Positions 61,203-64,000 of a stretch of 64,000 nt of DNA are shown here, piece after piece; positions within the stretch are counted from its first letter, which is position 1, and each line of letters begins with the position of its first letter. Source of the stretch: Rikenellaceae bacterium. GTDB lineage: Bacteria; Bacteroidota; Bacteroidia; Bacteroidales; Rikenellaceae. Location: assembly GCA_031554415.1 (NCBI GenBank), contig JAVBVG010000013.1:2352-66351 (forward strand). Reading direction: 5' to 3'. Made by a program: the position numbers and the translations under genes. The notes beneath the pieces were generated by a model. That model had not been told where the DNA came from. It saw nothing but the letters and a program-made list of their open reading frames with translations, and searched no databases.

Positions 61203-62879
61203 TTGAAAACCATGAAAAACCTTATACGGATATTCGCCGCGGCGGTGGCGGGAGGGGTAATGTTCTCGTGCATCGAGAACGACATACCCTATCCGGTCCG
61301 GGAGCTCAAGATACTCGGCGTTACCGGCGATGGTTTCTCCTGCGCGCCCGCGGACATAAACAACAAGGAGCGCATAGTAACGCTTAACCTCGATGAAACG
61401 ACAGACCCTGGCCGCGTCTCCATATCCGCGCTCGAGGTTACCTCCGAGAGCCGGATGTCGGTGGAGTTTCCCGGGGTGTTCGACATCAGGGCGGGCTTGC
61501 CTGTCGTTCTTTCCCAGTATCCCGACCGCGACTACACCTGGTCGATACGCTCCAGCCAGGCGATAGAGCGTTATTTCAACGTGGAGTCGCAGATCGGCAG
61601 CGCCGAGATAGATGCGGAGAACCATACGGCGCGCGTTTACGTGCCCGAGGGAACCGACTTGGCGAATATTAGGATCAAGAGCCTGAAACTCGGCCCTAAG
61701 GATATCACGGCGATGTCGCCGGCGATGGAGACCATCACCTCTTTCGAAACGTACCGCACCGTGACCGTCAGCTACTTCGACGTTGTGGAGCAGTGGAAGT
61801 TGTATGTGCTCGAAACGGATATAAAGGTGCTCGTAACCGACCAGTCCGACGCGTGGACCCGCGTCATGTGGCTCTACGGTCAGAGCCAGGCCGACACCGA
61901 CCAGGGTTTCCGCTACCGCAAAGAGGGTACCGAGGCGTGGACGACCGTTCCTGCATCCAAAATAGAGGTTTCGGGCGGCGATTTCAAAGCGTGCGTCGGC
62001 GGTCTCGAACCGCAGACCGCATATGAGATTATGGCCTACTCCGACTCCGACGTTTCCACGGTTGAAACGAGGACCACCGGAGCCGAAGTGCCGCTTACCG
62101 GCGGCGGTTTCGAGCAGTGGTGTACGGAGAGCGACATCGTCTATCCGGGCAGTTCGAAGGAGGGAGCGTTCTGGGGCACGGGAAATCCCGGCTCAGCCAC
62201 GGTGGGGACGACGCTGACCGACAAGACCACGGAAAAACGTCCGGGATCGGCCGGGCAATACGCGGCTAAACTCGAATCTAAATTTGCCAACACCGCGGGC
62301 CTGGGCAAGTTTGCCGCGGGAAATCTGTTCGTGGGGCAATACGTACGCACGGTCGGCATGAACGGCGTCGTGGGTTTCGGCCGTCCGTTCACCCAGCGCC
62401 CGACGGGGCTTCGCGTGTGGGTCAGGTACAACTGCGGGAATATTACCCATATTCCGGATGAAGCGGACAAACGCCCGCCGGGAGTGGCGCTTGCCAAAGG
62501 CGCCCCCGACCTGGGCTCGATCTATATGGCGCTCGGGACATGGACCAAGGAGGAGTACGGCGTTTACCGCGAGAAAGGCGTCCCATATACGGGCGGGACC
62601 GACGAAACGCCTGTGGTCGTCTATACCAGCGACATCGAGAACACGGCGTTCAATCCGAAATCCAAGGCGGTGGTGGCATACGGCCAGCTGCAGTTCAACA
62701 GCTCGGTGGCTGACTGGACGGAATTCACGATCAAACTCGATTACACGGCTACGAACGTCGTTCCCACGCACCTTATCATCGTCTGTTCGGCGTCGCGCTA
62801 CGGCGACTATTTCACCGGCAGCAAGGACAGCGTGATGTGGCTCGACGATTTCGAGTTCATATACGACGAGATACCGTAA
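61203..62879 (+). CDS. Lipoprotein with C-terminal PCMD-like domain (558 aa)
   Basis: The lipobox is VMFSC. The C-terminal blocks are GGGFEQWC...FWGTGNPG...GKFAAGNLFVGQY...RPTGLRVWVR...WLDDFEFIY. Confidence 0.55.
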   Translation: MKTMKNLIRIFAAAVAGGVMFSCIENDIPYPVRELKILGVTGDGFSCAPADINNKERIVTLNLDETTDPGRVSISALEVTSESRMSVEFPGVFDIRAGLPVVLSQYPDRDYTWSIRSSQAIERYFNVESQIGSAEIDAENHTARVYVPEGTDLANIRIKSLKLGPKDITAMSPAMETITSFETYRTVTVSYFDVVEQWKLYVLETDIKVLVTDQSDAWTRVMWLYGQSQADTDQGFRYRKEGTEAWTTVPASKIEVSGGDFKACVGGLEPQTAYEIMAYSDSDVSTVETRTTGAEVPLTGGGFEQWCTESDIVYPGSSKEGAFWGTGNPGSATVGTTLTDKTTEKRPGSAGQYAAKLESKFANTAGLGKFAAGNLFVGQYVRTVGMNGVVGFGRPFTQRPTGLRVWVRYNCGNITHIPDEADKRPPGVALAKGAPDLGSIYMALGTWTKEEYGVYREKGVPYTGGTDETPVVVYTSDIENTAFNPKSKAVVAYGQLQFNSSVADWTEFTIKLDYTATNVVPTHLIIVCSASRYGDYFTGSKDSVMWLDDFEFIYDEIP

Positions 62880-63066
62880 TCCGCCGTGATATTTGCAGGG
62901 AACCGCGCCTTATATATTAAGGTGCGGCTCTTTTTTTGTGTTCCGGCTCACCCCTCAATTTTTCCGTTTAACAGGATTTTCGGTATAATATTGGCCGCCT
63001 TTTGGCGGAAAAACGGTAATTTTGAAAGATACCGGTGTCAATTCTGTCCGGCAAACGAAATTTACC

Positions 63067-64000
63067 ATGAAAAAGAGTTACAACAGATGGATAGCCGTCG
63101 GAGTGATCGCGCTGCTTGCCGTGGGCGTGGTGCTGTACCAACTGCTCTGGAAGGAAAAGCCGCTCGAAGAAGGACCCGTTGTGAACGGACGGCAGCAGAG
63201 CGTGCTTCCGGTGCGCGGCGTCATAGTTTCGCAGCAGCCGCTCTCGTTCAGCCTCGACAACATCCAGACCACGCTGATCCCCGACGAGGAGGTCGACCTG
63301 TCGTTCGAAACGTCGGGAAAAGTTACCGGCATCTATTTTACCGAGGACAGCGCCGTGCGCAAGGGCGACCTGCTGGCAAAGATCAACGACCAGCCGCTGC
63401 AGGCGCAGCTCAAAAAACTGGAGGCTCAGGTACAGCTGGGCGAGGACAGGCTTTTCCGCCAGAGTGCGCTTCTGGAGAAGGACGCCGTCAGCCGCGAGGC
63501 GTATGAGCAGGCCCAGACCGACCTGGCGATGCTCTACGCCGATATCGACCTTGTGAAAGCCAACATCGCGCAGACCGAGCTGAGGGCGCCGTTCGACGGC
63601 ATCGTCGGTTTCCGATACCTCAGCGAGGGCGCATACGCAACCCCGAACACCGCCGTGGCGAGGCTGACCAAAACGGTGCCGCTGAAACTTAGTTTCGCCG
63701 TTCCCGAACGATATATGGATGCCGTCCGACGTGGGACGAAAGTGCGCTTCTCGGTCGACGGTTTCCTCGAACCCTTCTACGCCGAGGTTTACGCGGTGGC
63801 GGCCGAGGTCGAACTCGGAACGCGCCAGCTGGACGTCAAGGCCCTTTTCCCAAATCTCCGCAACCAGCTGATGCCGGGCCGCTCGGCCAACCTGAGCATC
63901 GTGCTCTATGAACTCGACAACGCGATAGTCGTTCCGGCCGAGGCGGTCATCAAGGAGATGGGCATCGACAAGGTGTACGTCTACCGCGGCGGGCGCGCCG
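63067..64000 (+). CDS. Efflux RND/HlyD-family periplasmic adaptor subunit (partial, runs off the window end)
   Basis: Translated by hand: MKKSYNRWIAVGVIALLAV... It has a coiled-coil segment and TELRAPFDGIVG, the hallmark lipoyl/beta-barrel junction motif. It is not in the ORF track because it has no stop in the window. Confidence 0.8.
   Translation, partial: MKKSYNRWIAVGVIALLAVGVVLYQLLWKEKPLEEGPVVNGRQQSVLPVRGVIVSQQPLSFSLDNIQTTLIPDEEVDLSFETSGKVTGIYFTEDSAVRKGDLLAKINDQPLQAQLKKLEAQVQLGEDRLFRQSALLEKDAVSREAYEQAQTDLAMLYADIDLVKANIAQTELRAPFDGIVGFRYLSEGAYATPNTAVARLTKTVPLKLSFAVPERYMDAVRRGTKVRFSVDGFLEPFYAEVYAVAAEVELGTRQLDVKALFPNLRNQLMPGRSANLSIVLYELDNAIVVPAEAVIKEMGIDKVYVYRGGRA

Noticed and set aside
62886-63506. 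206-aa + strand ORF at the right end of the window
   Set aside because: Its sequence is Arg/Ala/Gly-rich nonsense. Another frame, starting at 63067, gives a clean HlyD/RND-adaptor sequence with a TM anchor and the TELRAPFDG motif.
1-64000. Search for tRNA, rRNA, integrase/transposase, restriction-modification, toxin-antitoxin, CRISPR-Cas or reverse-transcriptase (DGR/retron) signatures
   Set aside because: I found no GGTTCGAATCC-type T-arms or rRNA-like stretches. No ORF showed recombinase (R..H..R..Y), DDE, RT (YxDD) or methyltransferase-plus-nuclease signatures. The only P-loops belong to housekeeping enzymes (cmk, folC, MurF-like).

Overview
This is a 64-kb chromosomal window. All calls come from reading the sequence and the supplied ORF track; no searches were run.

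Likely host (inference): a high-GC Bacteroidales, Rikenellaceae/Alistipes-like. The supporting points are:
- GC of roughly 55-60 % by eye.
- Many lipobox lipoproteins.
- TAnnTTTG-type promoter boxes.
- An argF'-type carbamoyltransferase.
- A Na+-pumping methylmalonyl-CoA decarboxylase operon.

Most of the window is housekeeping:
- ddl / MurF-like ligase / hydrolase / recO
- rubrerythrin
- mce-mmdA-(LTD-OadG)-mmdC-mmdB
- M48 peptidase, argF', PAP2 phosphatase, Zn peptidase, SDR, FtsX-type permease, ubiE
- hslR-pth-ctc
- a secreted TldD/PmbA pair
- folC-lnt, lysE, cmk-ispH, FkbM methyltransferase, pepT, fabH
- a partial RND adaptor

Accessory or unusual content, most interesting first:
1. An orphan ~10-kb phage virion module at 22.6-32.8 kb. 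It encodes a ClpP-type prohead protease with a scaffold-like tail, a putative capsid, a portal, large tail-like proteins and a holin. It has no integrase, terminase or replication genes. Its GC is host-like, and host-type intergenic hairpins sit inside it. I read it as a candidate domesticated particle: GTA-like, or a capsid-forming-satellite-like element.
2. An 11-kb, eight-gene, single-strand operon at 51.8-62.9 kb. It encodes only lipoproteins and outer-membrane barrels (fimbrillin-like, DUF4493-like, PCMD-like) and shows internal paralogy.
3. A dense family of composite intergenic hairpins whose arms are tandem heptamers. The heptamers place stop codons in all three frames.
4. A ~145-nt structured repeat unit present three times.
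5. Two low-GC islets: a tandem XRE pair and a divergent Mug/TDG-like DNA glycosylase.

I found no rRNA, tRNA, CRISPR array, transposase or integrase.
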